From the NCBI RefSeq assembly GCF_021869535.1, contig NW_026262690.1, positions 50,158,001 to 50,222,000 on the forward strand: DNA of 64,000 nt, written 5' to 3'. Below the pieces are notes generated by a model, which saw only the letters and a program-made list of their open reading frames with translations, was not told the origin of the DNA and did not search any database. Positions 1 to 14,736 of this stretch are shown in pieces. Every line of letters begins with the position of its first letter. Positions within the stretch are counted from its first letter, which is position 1. The position numbers were made by a program, and so were the translations under genes. This stretch comes from Mytilus californianus. Lineage: Eukaryota.

Positions 1-2880
1 GCCCATGCATTGTAAATGGAACCAGTGACGGTAAATACGCTCTGTTTATAGGAGCCATTGTGTTTGCATCAAGCATCAATAAATAACTCTGGCGTTTATC
101 TCCGTCAAGAACTGGAGTCAAAAGGATGCCATCGTCCTCCCTGGTGGAATTAGGAGTAGGTATAAACCACATATCCACAGGATAATGGTTATCTAAAGCA
201 AATGCACTGTCTTGATTAGTACCGCAAACATCTTTCTTCACTAAAGCTGTACTTGAAAATAATTTGTTGTCTCTTTTCGTAGCGACGCCGTAAATATAGC
301 AATATTTACGATGTCTGTACATTTCATTAATGCACGGGAAATCAAAATTATTTATGAAAGGAAAGATTGAATTAGGAGAAAAAGTGGTGACTGTCACATT
401 TGTTGCATTCAAGTTGATTGAATAACGTTTTATTTCTGACGGTGTATATTGTGCGTTTTGTCTTTTAGTAGGCAATCTCAATGTTTCAAGTTCATATATT
501 TTTGAATAAGCAGGATCTTTAAACATAGTTACGTCCATAATAATTTTATTGTTGTCTTCATAAGCATTTACATGATGTGATGGAAAGCCATTTTCTGTTT
601 GAATAGTATGTACATTGCCAGTCTTAATCTCAACAACATAAATCGTGGCTTTTTCAGACGGAAACCATTCCAGACCTTCATAAGCGTTTGCATATTTGAG
701 CATTTTCCCAATATTTGTATAATAAGCAGCTGCAAATAGTATAACATAACGAGGCGTGACGGAAAACGAATGCATGTAAGGTGCTTTGTCAACTTCCCAC
801 TGAGCTACCAATTCTCGATCAAAGGCTGACTTCATTCTAATAACCGACAAACGACTTTTGACCTTAGGAATAAGACTTACACTCGTTAGAAATGTGAAGT
901 GATAACTAGAATTATGCTCTGGGACGGGATGAGCAGAGGACATCGTATCTATAAATCCAATATATGTTCCACGTGGATTTGGCGGATCAATTTCACCAAT
1001 GGTATCTATAGAAGTGGGTTCGAATTGGTAAACCTTCCATGCATCTGTTAATGTTATATATTCGTATGACTGCTTTTCTTGATTGAATAATCTATACACA
1101 TTTACATTTGTGTTATCAAATCCATTCAAAACAGAGATTTCACGCCTATCCAATGGAAAGGGTGGCGAAACACTTTCAAATGTCAAAAAATTGGCAATAT
1201 CTTTTATTTCACCGGATACATTGTATGTTTCAGACCGTAAAAAGTCCTGAGAAAAAGACGTTGATCCATTTCCATAGAATTTCCAGTTATAAATTTTACC
1301 AAAACCATCAAATGCGTGTGTGAAATTTCTTTTACCCATCCCAAACATAGCTGGACCTGTTCGTACCTGCAGTAAATGAAAAAAATAATATTAAGTTTAT
1401 CTACGTCGATGTATTTCCACTATTCTACGTGATCTAGCATTAGCATTGGCAAACACGTCACATTTGCAATTTCATCAAAGGGGATAAATTAATTTATCCA
1501 GGAGGAAGGGACTGGGTCGTAACCCTTGGCTAGCGAAGATACAGCGGTTGATAAGATATCCGAATGTGTATTACGCAACGCATTGATACTAAATAGATGC
1601 AAACTGAGTGGAACAAAACTTTTAAGTAAAAACTAAATTTAGCTGGTTAAAAAATAAAGATCTAGCTATCTAGAGGCATTTTCACGGCTTGTTGCTAGTC
1701 ACTGTTGCTAGTACGGATAATTTATTTTCAGTTTGGTACATGCCCTGCATTGTCCTGAATTTTGTGGGACATACTATTCCAGTTCATCTCATTAAAGTTT
1801 TTTTCAGTTTTTACCAGGCCAGAATATTTATTTCCTAAATCCTCCTGCACCCCACCCATTATTTTGAATATACCGTTCAGAAGCTACGCTTTGACCATTT
1901 TATGGTCGGCGGGGAAGGGGTTGGAGTTTTTTTTTCGATTGAATATACATTGTCACGACTTGTTGCTAGAACGGCCAATTTATTTTCATTTTGGTATATG
2001 TCCTGCATTGTGTGGAATTTTGTAGGACAGAATTATTTATACCATCCGATTAAAGTTTTTTTTTTTAAAGTTTTTACCAGACCAGAATATTCATTTCCCA
2101 AGTCCTCTTGCACCCCATCCGTATTTTGAACTCAAAAAGAAAATTAAACATAATTGTTCCAGTATACAACATAATCAATTTGCTCTGAGTAAGTTAATGT
2201 CGTTATGGAAGTTGCGAAGTTATTTCCTCTTTCATCCTGTTGTTACTTCACTGTCACGTCGTGATTACTACTTTCTATGCTTTCTAGGCTATCGGCAATA
2301 CTATATATATTGTAATTATTCATGCCTTCATATATAATGATAGATATGAACGTGTTATATAGGATATACTCCTGTCTCAAAACGACAAGCGCCTTTATTC
2401 ACGCAATTTAAACATTTTAGATCCGTAGAGCCATTTAAACGGAAATAAAAATACACATCTTACCGAAAAGCTATTTATAATCAACACTGCAGACGGTGAT
2501 ATTATAAGATTCTTTTGAACGACATACCATTATATATATATGTTGCATATAATTATTCAATTATTCAATTTCATTGCGTGTGATTATCTAAGGACAGTAG
2601 TTCATTTTTCATTATTTCCTGAAGGTGAACTCCGAGTCATACAAATACATAAAACACGTGAAAAGAACGTGCTTTCAGTGGTTTGATCGATTTTAAAAAT
2701 AAATGATCTTACCAGAGAGCCACGCAGCCACTTTGGCAATGGATACTGGAAATGTATTGGTTTGTTTAGAAACACGTCCTTGTTATCAGTAAATAAAAGA
2801 CTATAAGCATCCTGTTCCACACTGTACACAAAATGTATGCTAAGTATTACCAAAACAGCAAGTACAAAATTGTATGTCAT
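1..2880 (-). CDS. Carotenoid cleavage oxygenase (BCO1/BCO2/RPE65 family), 3'-partial, with predicted signal peptide
   Basis: Exon 1 2713..2880 (MTYNFVLAVLVILSIHFVYS...LPKWLRGSL, donor CTG|GTAAGA, phase 0); exon 2 <1..1366 (acceptor TGCAG|GTA). Exon 2 is one open frame to the window edge: VRTGP..HAFDG, SAHP, YMHSF, HHVNAYE, EDDG, PFTMHG. The four His motifs match the Fe ligands of the family. The ORF track misses exon 2, probably because its stop is outside the window. Confidence 0.93.
1683..2130 (+). repeat. Imperfect direct duplication (~180-bp unit) in the oxygenase intron
   Basis: 1683..1870 resembles 1953..2130. Confidence 0.75.
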
Positions 2881-3700
2881 CTTCGCAAAGTTGACAAGTA
2901 CTAGTGTTATCTAAGTAAAGAAATTGTATTTACTTATGTGTATATGTATTAGATATATAACTATGGTGTTGATAAACTGTAGATTGCATACTGTACTTGA
3001 TTTGTCGTGTATCGTACTTTGCCTTGAGATAAAAAAAATCCTTTAGTTTTAAAATAGTTACAGGTGTGATGCAAACGCCATTGAGACAATGTGTTGACAC
3101 AGCAAGATTACCAAAGTAAGACATCCGTAGGTCTACGCACTGACTTCCAACTACCGCTTGTACAATATGAAAAGGCTATAAATCGTCAAAGGTCGACATG
3201 ATAAGTTGTGAACAACGCATACCACTGAGGTTTTGGTAGTGGCAGTGCATACAGTGGCAACCGTTATCAACTCTTTGAATTTTTAACTGAAAATTTATCA
3301 CGGTTTTTTGTACAGAACACATATCAGTACTGGACAGCTTCACGGATTCTTTTTAAATGAAAACTTAAAAAAAAAAAATCCTAAAAACCATTTCGGAAAA
3401 TAAAACAAATAAAAAAATAGTAAAGCATTCATTTAAAGTCCTCCTCCGGTTGAAAATCCCGCTGCGTCGAAGACCCATTAGTGGCCTTGGTCTGTTTTCT
3501 GCTCTTTGGTCGGGTTGTCTCTTTCGGTGCTATGCTTTTGCGCCAATTTGCATTTTTTTTTGTATTAGAAATTTATAATTAGTATAAAATCACTTAATTA
3601 CCAAAAGGAAATACTTTACAAAATTTCTTATTCAGGATACAAGGTATATTTAAACTTATCCGTTATACCTGTAAAATGACACAAATGTAGTTTTAATTTT

Positions 3701-3810
3701 TGGCGCAAATGAAATATAACCTTGTGGCGCAAATGAAATATAACCTTGTGGCGCAAATGAAATATAACCTTGTGGCGCAAATGAAATATAACCTTGTGGC
3801 GCAAATGAAA
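3701..3810 (+). repeat. Perfect 24-bp tandem repeat, 4.6 copies
   Basis: TGGCGCAAATGAAATATAACCTTG starts at 3701, 3725, 3749 and 3773, with a partial copy at 3797. Confidence 0.95.
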
Positions 3811-4357
3811 CATTGAATTTTGTAAAAATTGGCGACAATGTAATGGGTCCGTCTCTTTGGCAGTTTCCCCGTTTCAATTCCCTATTCTATTTGAATCAAT
3901 GCATAATGTAATTAAGATACATATATTATAATGTTCTTGCATTACTACTATAGGGAGTGTTTATCGACATTGACTACCCATGAGGGTCTCGCACGGTTTC
4001 TTGCATGCGTTAAGACGCCCTAATTATATCGAAAAATGAAACCAGAAGCATTATCTTTTTTCATTGCATCACTTGAATGCAAGTCGTCCATTTGGTTTGA
4101 AAATTTTATTTAACCTTTAAAAACGCAATACTTTTATGTTTTAATATATTCAGCATGCACAAACCTATGTCAGTGTGACTTGAAATGATGTTTGTTTCAC
4201 GTGAATAATTAGTTCATATTTTTTTAAACTATCAATTATTTAAGTCTTTTTGAATCCTGTGACATTTGCAGAAAAAGTCAAAATATTTTCAATGATGGTC
4301 TAATATTTTTCGGAGTTTAGTGTGGAATCCATTTCGCTAACTAGTATATATTATTTT

Positions 4358-4497
4358 TTAGGGGCCGGCTGAAGCCCGTCACCGGTGCGGGATTATCTCG
4401 CTGCGTTGAAGACCCATTGGTGGCCTTGGGCTGTGTTCTGCACTTTGGTCAGATTGTTGTCTCTTAGACACATTACCCGTTTCCATTCTCAATTATA
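4358..4497 (+). repeat. Dispersed repeat (GGGGCC.GCTGAAG..CTCGCTGCGTTGAAGACCCATTGGTGGCC)
   Basis: Second partial copy at about 3440..3525. Confidence 0.65.
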
Positions 4498-5340
4498 TTT
4501 AGAAAAATCATTCAGAGAAAAATATTTATGATACAAATCTTGTAGATTAACGTATGGTCGATGTTAGCATCATATTTATATTGGATGATATTTTTAAAAT
4601 TTGGTTCAAATAATTGCGAAAATGCGAAATCGCGATAAGGCAAAATGATCGCTTCTGGTCAAAATAGCTTCTGCGTGTTTCTTAATAAGTCGGAAAAGTT
4701 ACTGTCTTAAGACACGTATCCAAATGTAATACCAGGCAATGTTAAAACTACTTGCATAACGGTCTAGTTGTTTGATATATCGTGTATTGGTTTAGCTGGC
4801 TTTTTTTTTTTTTTTTTGGTTTTGCTTTGTTTTGTCTTGATTTATTTGGTTTCTGTTTACCATTAGGTTAAAAGGATCTTGACTTGGTACGAAGAAGGTA
4901 ATCAACATTTACATAAAATGGATTGGAGAATTTCAATATAGTGCATCCCAAGGAAAGCAACACGGTGTAGGAGAGACTTTATTTTTCTTCTTCCTAGCAA
5001 CAACATCACTTAAATCATCATGTGTTTTTTATTTTTTTTTATTTTAACATGAAATAATTGAAAAGTATAAACAACAATGTAACAACATTTTGAAAATTAA
5101 AAAAGTAAAACAAAATAGTGTGATTGAAACTGGTGCTAAACATTCTTTAACTCTTTAATGTTCATATTGGCAATTAGTACAATAATATCCTCAGCCCCTT
5201 CGTACAAGTAGATAAATCACGTTTTTAATCTACCCAATAGCTCGTCCGTGAGGAACCTTCCTAGGTCTCATACCAATGAGCTGTATTGCTTTTGGTTTGA
5301 AATAAACTATGAAACTATAACAAACATGATTATTTTTCTT

Positions 5341-6912
<1,572 letters not shown>

Positions 6913-7062
6913 TTTTATCGTTTTCTGTGTTAGCTTGTCAAGAAATATGAAAGGTATTTGAAGGCAATGAAATTGACCTCCGTGTTTTTATTAATAATTT
7001 TTAAATCGTCAAACTTGGCCATGTCGATTATTACTATGTGTCATAAACCATGTTGGAGGAAT

Positions 7063-7070
7063 TGACGTCA
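7063..7070. promoter_or_regulatory. Candidate CRE/ATF site TGACGTCA, about 150 bp upstream of the A1 ATG
   Basis: Perfect palindrome; function inferred from the motif only. Confidence 0.3.
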
Positions 7071-8644
7071 TACTAAAGATTTCCTACAGGATTTAAATAA
7101 ACCGATTATCATTGGCATGTAGATAGATAGCTGTATATATATGTACCTACATAATGTCTATTTTTAATTAATATACATGTAATTTTATAAATATTTAATT
7201 TATAATGGCTGAGAGTGTACATATAATTTTAATAATTGAATACAATCATACGTTAACTGTTTGAAGGAATGATTGTTTCAAATTAACAACAAATTATTCA
7301 TTCAATTGTTTTAATGTTATGATACATCTCCATTAGAGACAAATATAGATATATTTTGAATATCTTTGAAATCAAATATGCCTCAAGAAGTAAACAGACA
7401 ATCACGCAATCGTTCCTCGTGAATACACTACAAGTTTGTGCAATTAAAGCATCGAGTAATGACCAAACTGAGAGTCGGGGGCTGGGGGGGGGGGGGGGGG
7501 GTGGGGGGGGGAAGGGGTGTAAACAAAAAGTATAAATTTGTAAGATGTTTTTTTATTTTCTTTGTGTTGTTGGTTTATACAAATAATCGACAAAAAATAT
7601 ATTAAAACAGTAAAAAAAACAAAACAACACCGCAAATAAATAAACATAACAAAATAAAATTGAATGAACTGTATTTCCGCAATATTCAATGATTTCCTTA
7701 TGACAACAAATCAAATTATCAAATGTGTACATCCTATAAAACTATGAAAGCAAAATTGCATTAGTTGTAAAATTTCCTAAAATTTTTCTATCTTACAAAC
7801 CCAGATACTATTTAGTTATCTCGTATAATCCATTTCACAGTTTCCGTCTCGTTCCTCGATACTTCACAGAAAGTTTTTTCTCTTATTGAAATTGTTGTTT
7901 TAGCAGCCAGGAATGATTACTGTTTTTATAGACTTATTTTTTTGTTTTTGTCTTTTTCAACAAATTTTCAGTTTTACAGTCTGAACATTACTGGTTTCCA
8001 ATTGAAATTCAAAAGCGTTTGCTTTCGTACCAAATTTGTGCAGCATCTCCTACATGCTAAATGAAGAATATTTTATTATTCTATAATTAAGAACTTTGTC
8101 TCCCTTTAACTTGCAATGAGTAACACGACGGGTGTCGCTATTGTAGCAGAAACTGCTTACCCACTGTTTTTGATGAGTTTGTTGTGTGTCGTTTTCTTTT
8201 TGTTCGTGATGTTGTCTGTTTTTATTGGGCTTGTGCTTTTTGACTGCTCCCCATGCTATCTTTTTTCTCTTTTTTGTCAATTTTCATAAAGTATCAATAC
8301 AAAGATAACCAATTTCATCCACAGCTTTTTTAACGTGAATATTCCATAAGCCATATTGTGTTATGTACCCCATATCAAAGAAGCATTTAAGGAGCTTTAT
8401 TTTCATTTAAACAGGTTTGGAAAACTAGTTTCTTACTCAGAATATCCCTAATTTCATGTAATAATCTGGTTTTGTAAAGATTTGAAGGTAACAATTATTT
8501 TTATATTAATTGAAAACTTTTACAAAATATAGATAAGGATACTTTCTTTTCTTCAATTATTTTTGTTGAAAAAAATAAAATCAATGAAGGAGACACAACT
8601 GATCGTTCATACTTTAAAAAGATGTAGTCAATGAACCCGAAGGG

Positions 8645-9545
8645 CTCTTTCGCTCATTTGACCGGAGAGGAAATTGGAGTTTTTGCCATCACTTTGCGTC
8701 CGTCGTCGTCGATATTTGTCCACCGTCCGTCGATCAGCCAACCAACATGGCCGACATGACTAAAAATAGAACATTAATGTAAAATACAATTATTGTCATA
8801 TATCTTGAAAAAAATAATATGTAGGGAAAATGGGACAAGACAAAAGTTATCAAACCATGGGATGACTAGAGTAATTGCCTTTAAATCACGATTTTTTCCA
8901 AATTTTCAAGTGTTTGTCTATCATGTCGAAAACTTTAATACAAAGATAGAAATTGTGAAAGTAAAAATGATCTGCAATACAAGATCTAACAAAAAGGCTA
9001 AATGACCAAAATAATTGGATGACCAACAAAGGAGTTATTGCCCATAAATGAAGATTTTTTACTTTTATCTGTAAAAGAATAACATTTAGGCAAATAATGA
9101 ACACCAAAAAAGGTCAGCTATACAAAATCTACAAAAATGAGATTTAAATGAAACAATTGGATGACTTCTTATAGGAATTATTGACCTTAAATGACAATAT
9201 TTGACCTATTTTTATAATTTTGTCAATTATCTCTAAAACTTAAAAAAGATAGGTAGAATATAGAAACTGTACCGACCGTGCGAGACCGTCATGGGTAGTC
9301 AAAGTCGTTACCTCCCCCCTACTAGTAGTAGTAGAAACTGTAAACAACAAAAATGATTAGCCCAACAAGACCTGTAAAAAAATGCCAATACCACAAACTC
9401 ATTGGATGACTCCATATGTAGTTATAGATCTTAAATAAGGATTTTTATTCATTTTATGAGTTTTGGGCAAAAATCTATAGTAGAGAGAAACTGAAAACAG
9501 TAAAAATGATCAGCAATACAAGATCTCCAAAAAAGATATTTGATC
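8645..9545 (+). mobile_element. Probable HINE-like repeat remnant
   Basis: GCTCATTTGACC..CCATCACTTTGCGTCCGTCGTCGTC start, followed by degenerate internal subrepeats. Confidence 0.5.
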
Positions 9546-10175
9546 ATGAATAATATGCCATTATTTAATGTTGGAGAGTGGAAATTGTTGAAGATGAACA
9601 TCGATTAAGGGGAACGATATAGACTTTTTAGATCCTCTAGTTTTAATTAATGTTTCAACTGACATACGTATACTACCTAAATTGTTAGCAGATGCTGATT
9701 ACCCTTCCAGAGCACCTGATGACATCCCTTTTTTTTTCTTTTCTTTTTTTTTGCAGAGTTCGTGTTAACAATCCTTAGACTTCTGTGTAGTTTTTTGTGA
9801 TCGGCTGTTTGTCTTTTTGTCGGTTTTTGTTTGATTTGTTTTGGTCATGGTGTTTTCTGTTTTAATAAGACTTGTTGGTTTTGAGGGCCCCTTTCGTTTC
9901 TTTTCAATATCTTTTTAACAGAGGTGAACAGATAATACCCATTGGAATACCAACTGCGAGTAGGAATATAAATCCTTCAAACCCAGCAAATATGTTGTTG
10001 CATTTTAATTATTTCATCATCAAAATATTTGTAATGAAAATAAGAAAAATACAATTATTTGAATGGTTTTAATGGAAAATTTGAAAAATTCCGCGATGCA
10101 GCTTTCTTTGTGTAGTTAAGAAATCATTATATGGAACAAGGATTTTCAAAGAGAAAAAACATCCACCAAATAGAT

Positions 10176-10433
10176 ATAAGAAGATGTGGTATGAGTGCCA
10201 ATGAGACAACTCTCCATCTAAGTCAAAATTTATAAAAGTAAACCATTAAAGGTCAAAGTACGGTCTTCAACACGGAGCCTTGACTCACACCGAACAGCAA
10301 GCTATAAAGGGCCCCAAAAATTACTAGTGTAAAACCATTCAAACGGGAAAACCAACGGTCTAATCTATATAAAAAACGAGAAACGAGAAACACTTTTGAA
10401 CCACATCAACAAACGACAACTACTGAACATCAG
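10176..10433 (+). repeat. Dispersed repeat, AAGAAGATGTGGTATGAGTGCCAATGAGACAACTCTCC family
   Basis: Same head also seen at 18460 (fragment) and, on the minus strand, at 27918..28092, 43879..43990 and 45690..45833. Confidence 0.8.
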
Positions 10434-12265
10434 TAAGTCCATTTCACTTATAAGATGAATCAATAGTAATAATTACTTATTATTTGACATATCTAAACAA
10501 CCAAACTATTTCTTTAAAAATGTTTATTTACTTTATTTGTGTGCAAGTATATATTTATATTGGCTTATCTAATTTTATGCATTTCTTGTGTATGTTTATT
10601 TTTATTTTAACCTTTGTTCGTGCATGGTTTAATGAGAGAAAACTCTCAAAACTTTCAAAATAAATTGCTAATGTCCTATTACCCAACTATTTGTTTCTCA
10701 TCGAGAACTTGCATGCCATATACTTCGATGAAATTGAAATTAGTGATACAAGTACAGAGACAAGAAGACGTCATGTATTTTTTTCTTGAAATTAGAGTCG
10801 AATTGTTCATCTTGCATTATTTCCTAGCTTTAAAGGTTAGTGTATTTACTCTTCGAATTGTATGACGAACGACCCACCTATAGAAGGGACGAATCTAGTT
10901 TCACCTAATTTGGTATTCATGCGATTTGATTGTTGTCGTTCACGTTCTAGCACTAAGATGTACGGATGTTTTACTATCTTCAGTACACTAATTTCATATA
11001 TAGCAAATGCCATAGATTCATGATTGGTCTTCCAGTATATCTAATTGATATAATTATCTCCATAAGACAGTACACTAAATCACAATACATTTACTGAACA
11101 GTCCCAACAGTGCATCGTTAATTTTGAATAGTGGTTCATACTTTTTCTTATTGTATTTAATACTTACATGAAGGACTGGGGGAGACTACAAGCTAAGAGA
11201 CCACGGATTATATCATTCTGCTGAACTCCTCAGGTAATGATTCAATTCTGATTTTATTGAAGCAATTATAATGTATAACAATTTGTATTACTATCATGCT
11301 AATTATTACGAATCTATTTATCTTTAATTGTAATGTTTTGAAAATGAGACTCCATAAAAGTAAGCTTCATGATTATATGAATGATATAAAACTCGATATC
11401 AATTAAAATGTTGTATAAGCAAAATATTATTATTTTATATGAATAAAAACACACACAAGGATAACCTAATGTCGTTTTTGTAACATCGAGATACTCTAAT
11501 TCCCAACGATACCAAGGACTGACCATAGTTCGAAAAATAGCCGGTTAAAGATCAATCTGATTCTGTGTTCTTTGGCTTAGATACTAAAAAAAATCAATCG
11601 GCGTTGGTCCGTTTATTCAGGTGGCGTGCAAAGTTTCATGAATGGATAATTTCACTTTTTTTTTTACAGTCACCGAATAAATGTAAAAGTCCGTTAGTAA
11701 GACAGACTGCATGTTGTTATAACATATGAAGTAAGAATTATTACTATTATATTTTTAAAATTAGAATGGAATCATTTATTGACAAAATTAAAAAAAAATA
11801 AAGATATCTATACGAAATAAAGGCAAGTGATTGCTTCTTCTATTTTCCTAAAAGCAGATTTTAAAATTGCCCTCTTATCTCTGAAATTATAAAATTAATG
11901 AAGTGAAATAGCTTTGTTGCATTCTGGACTGTGGAGTTGGACAAATGTAAGATCAATAGTTTCACTTTTTTATAAACATACAAATAGAACAACAGAACGT
12001 TGACAAAATGCATACCACAATGATTTACAATAATATAATTCATCTTTCTCAGTTTGATTTTACTATGGAAGTACTACATCGGCAATCTAGTCCTTCAATG
12101 AATTAACATATTGCACAGTTTCATTGTATACATTTCCACACTTAGATCTTTATTCCTGTTACCAGATCAATGTTTATCTTGTTGTCCGAAGTAATGTTTA
12201 TCGGGATATCTTCTACTTCCTGTGTTATCTTCCAGTTCATGTATCGTATGTTAAGATGACAGAGG

Positions 12266-14553
12266 TCAATATTTTTTGTTATTTTTAACCAAGTTTGCCA
12301 TTTCCTTCATGCTCTCAAAGATTCCTTCACCTGTTGTTGCGCACGCTCCATGAATGTACCATTTTCTGCTAGTCATCTCCGATAAACCAAGACCATCTGC
12401 CACTTCTGATGGACTCATAGATCCTATAGAATATAAAAGGATAAATAAAAAATGAGTGATTTCTTGAGTTTTATTTACAGCATGTTCCGATATCAAAATA
12501 TGTTCATTGAATATTATGTCAATATGTAAATAGTGGATATCACATCTTACTACTTTATATCATAATGACCGCGTGTACTTTGTCTTAAATGTTATAAAAC
12601 TACCTAAAACCAAACTTTTAACCACCTTAAATTTTACGTAATCCTGATAGGGGACGGATGGACACACAGACCGGAAAACATAGCACCCTATCATTTCATA
12701 GGAGGGGCATTAAAATTAACCACAATGTTAGAACTTGAAAAAAAAACTTACGTGGTAAATCTTGTTTATTGGCCACGACTACAACTGGTACACCTCTCAT
12801 TTCATCACTATTGATAATTCCATCAAGTTCATCTTTAGCGTCCGAAAGTCTCTCTCTATCATTGCTGTCAACTATATAAAGAAGTCCTGAAATGTAAAGG
12901 TCATATATATTTTGCATTCGATTTTAGACAGTTACACTTTGTTTGTACACTGGCATGCTTAAACAATAAATAGGATGACGATTACTGACTTATTAATAGC
13001 ATTTAAAATTTAAAATAAAAATTGAATTCTTTGCATTATATAAATAAGCAACTTTGAATAGTTTTCTTGTTTCGTATAAAATATTTATTTCTATCTGATT
13101 TAATGATGACGGATTTTGCTATGAAACTGGATTGAGTCGTTTTGTCATAAAATGAAATTAATTAACTAAAGAATGTTTTTGACAGTTAAAGAAGAGGTAA
13201 ATGACCAGAAAACAAATGCAAGTGCTTTTTCTCTTGATATATTGATTATTTCATGCATGCGACTTTTGAGTCGTTTACTTCCGTTTATATTTTCTCTGTC
13301 AAGTCATCAAAGTAAAAAACGGACATCAGACTAAATTATTTAAAGATTTAAAGTGAATATTATACGTGGTAAGCCCGGTAGAAATGGAAGTCCGAACTGA
13401 AATAACAATTACAGCACTAAATGATAAATTACGCATTCGAAACATGAATGAGAAGTCAATTTAGCAATAGTTATTTACGGCGGAGTAAGATGAACTTCTG
13501 TATAGTATTAAACAAATGTACCTTCTGCATTCCGGTAATAATGATGCCACAGACGTCTGATTTTCTCCTGTCCACCAATATCCCACACGGTAAAGCTGAT
13601 ACCCTTCACTGGACTGACAGTTTCAACATTGAACCCAATAGTAGGGATTGCATGGACCCTTTCATTCAACTTGATCTTGTAAAGAATGGTTGTTTTTCCT
13701 GAAGTAAAAACCAACAACTTTTTACAACAATTCGCAAAATCAGCTATACAATTTTAAGTTTAAATGTTGTTTTTTTTTATTATTGTGATGTTTTGTCGCT
13801 GTTTCATTTCCTTATACCCAATACATCTTTTTTATCCATATAACTGATAATCGTCTCTTAACAGTTGATTACAATTTTAGTTTTTGTCAGTAAAATGCGA
13901 TTTTTTTAAGACGAAATGCCTATATTGATTGTCATACTTTCCATGTTGGAAGTTAATTGCTGGATCGTACAATCTGGTTTCGATCAAATGGCATTGGTGA
14001 CGAAATCCTACTTAAACATTTCCTGAGTACTTCAATGTATTTTTGTCTTATCAAATATATGAATTATAGTCTTATGTCATTTTTTTAAGTACACAATGTT
14101 TATTCTAACGTTGTTTTGAAGTATTAATAAACTTTAATGTTTGTTTTTCTCTGACAAGGTATTACTTAACCTGAGACATCGAATAAGAAAACAAAAACGT
14201 AGAAATGGTTCAGTGCTCAAAAGCTAGTCAAATTAAATTTCCCAAAATGTCCATTGTCTATTTTTGTGTCTCAGTTTACAATACTCTCTCATTGGCGCAT
14301 ACCCACATCTTAAATTGACTGTATTCAAAAATTGAATCGTTGTTCGTTATAGCCAAACAAAAATTCCTCAACTTCCCTATGCGTTAAATATTAAATTTTC
14401 CATAAAGCAAACTATTTACTAAGTATATTAAATGAGTCATATAAAAGGAAGAAATGTACCTGCTGCGTCCAGTCCCAACATCAAAATTCTTGCTGGTGTC
14501 GACTCAGAAAATTCAGAAAATACATCGTACAATTGAGATAGCCACAAACCCAT
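12266..14553 (-). CDS. ARF-family small GTPase A2, 187 aa
   Basis: join(14460..14553,13522..13698,12752..12886,12266..12423); 564 nt. [46 protein letters not shown]. Confidence 0.96.
12570..12716 (+). mobile_element. HINE-like end fragment in intron 3 of A2
   Basis: GGACGGATGGACACACAGACCGGAAAACATAGCACCC..GGGGCATTAAAA, which resembles a HINE end; recognised from memory. Confidence 0.45.
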
Positions 14554-14736
14554 CTTGAATATTTTAATTACACTATTCACTTATATTTCAAGATATAAAA
14601 GACAAATTAAAAACTTCAACTTTTTATAATAGATGTTTAAGTAGGATTTCGTCACCAATGCCATTTGATCGAAACCAGATTGTACGATCCAGCAATTAAC
14701 TTCCAACATGGAAAGTATGACAATCAATATAGGCAT
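13916..14736. repeat. Perfect 104-bp inverted repeat pair flanking A2 exon 1
   Basis: 13916..14019 is the exact reverse complement of 14633..14736. Confidence 0.95.

Noticed and set aside
2602-2712. C-terminal part of the 92-aa ORF as coding
   Set aside because: It lies beyond the GTAAGA donor at 2712, so it is intron read-through.
3701-3810. 24-bp repeat as a CRISPR array or coding repeat (ORFs 3628..3813 and 3656..3877)
   Set aside because: Units are contiguous with no spacers, there are no cas genes, the context is eukaryotic, and the ORFs are by-products of the 24-nt period.
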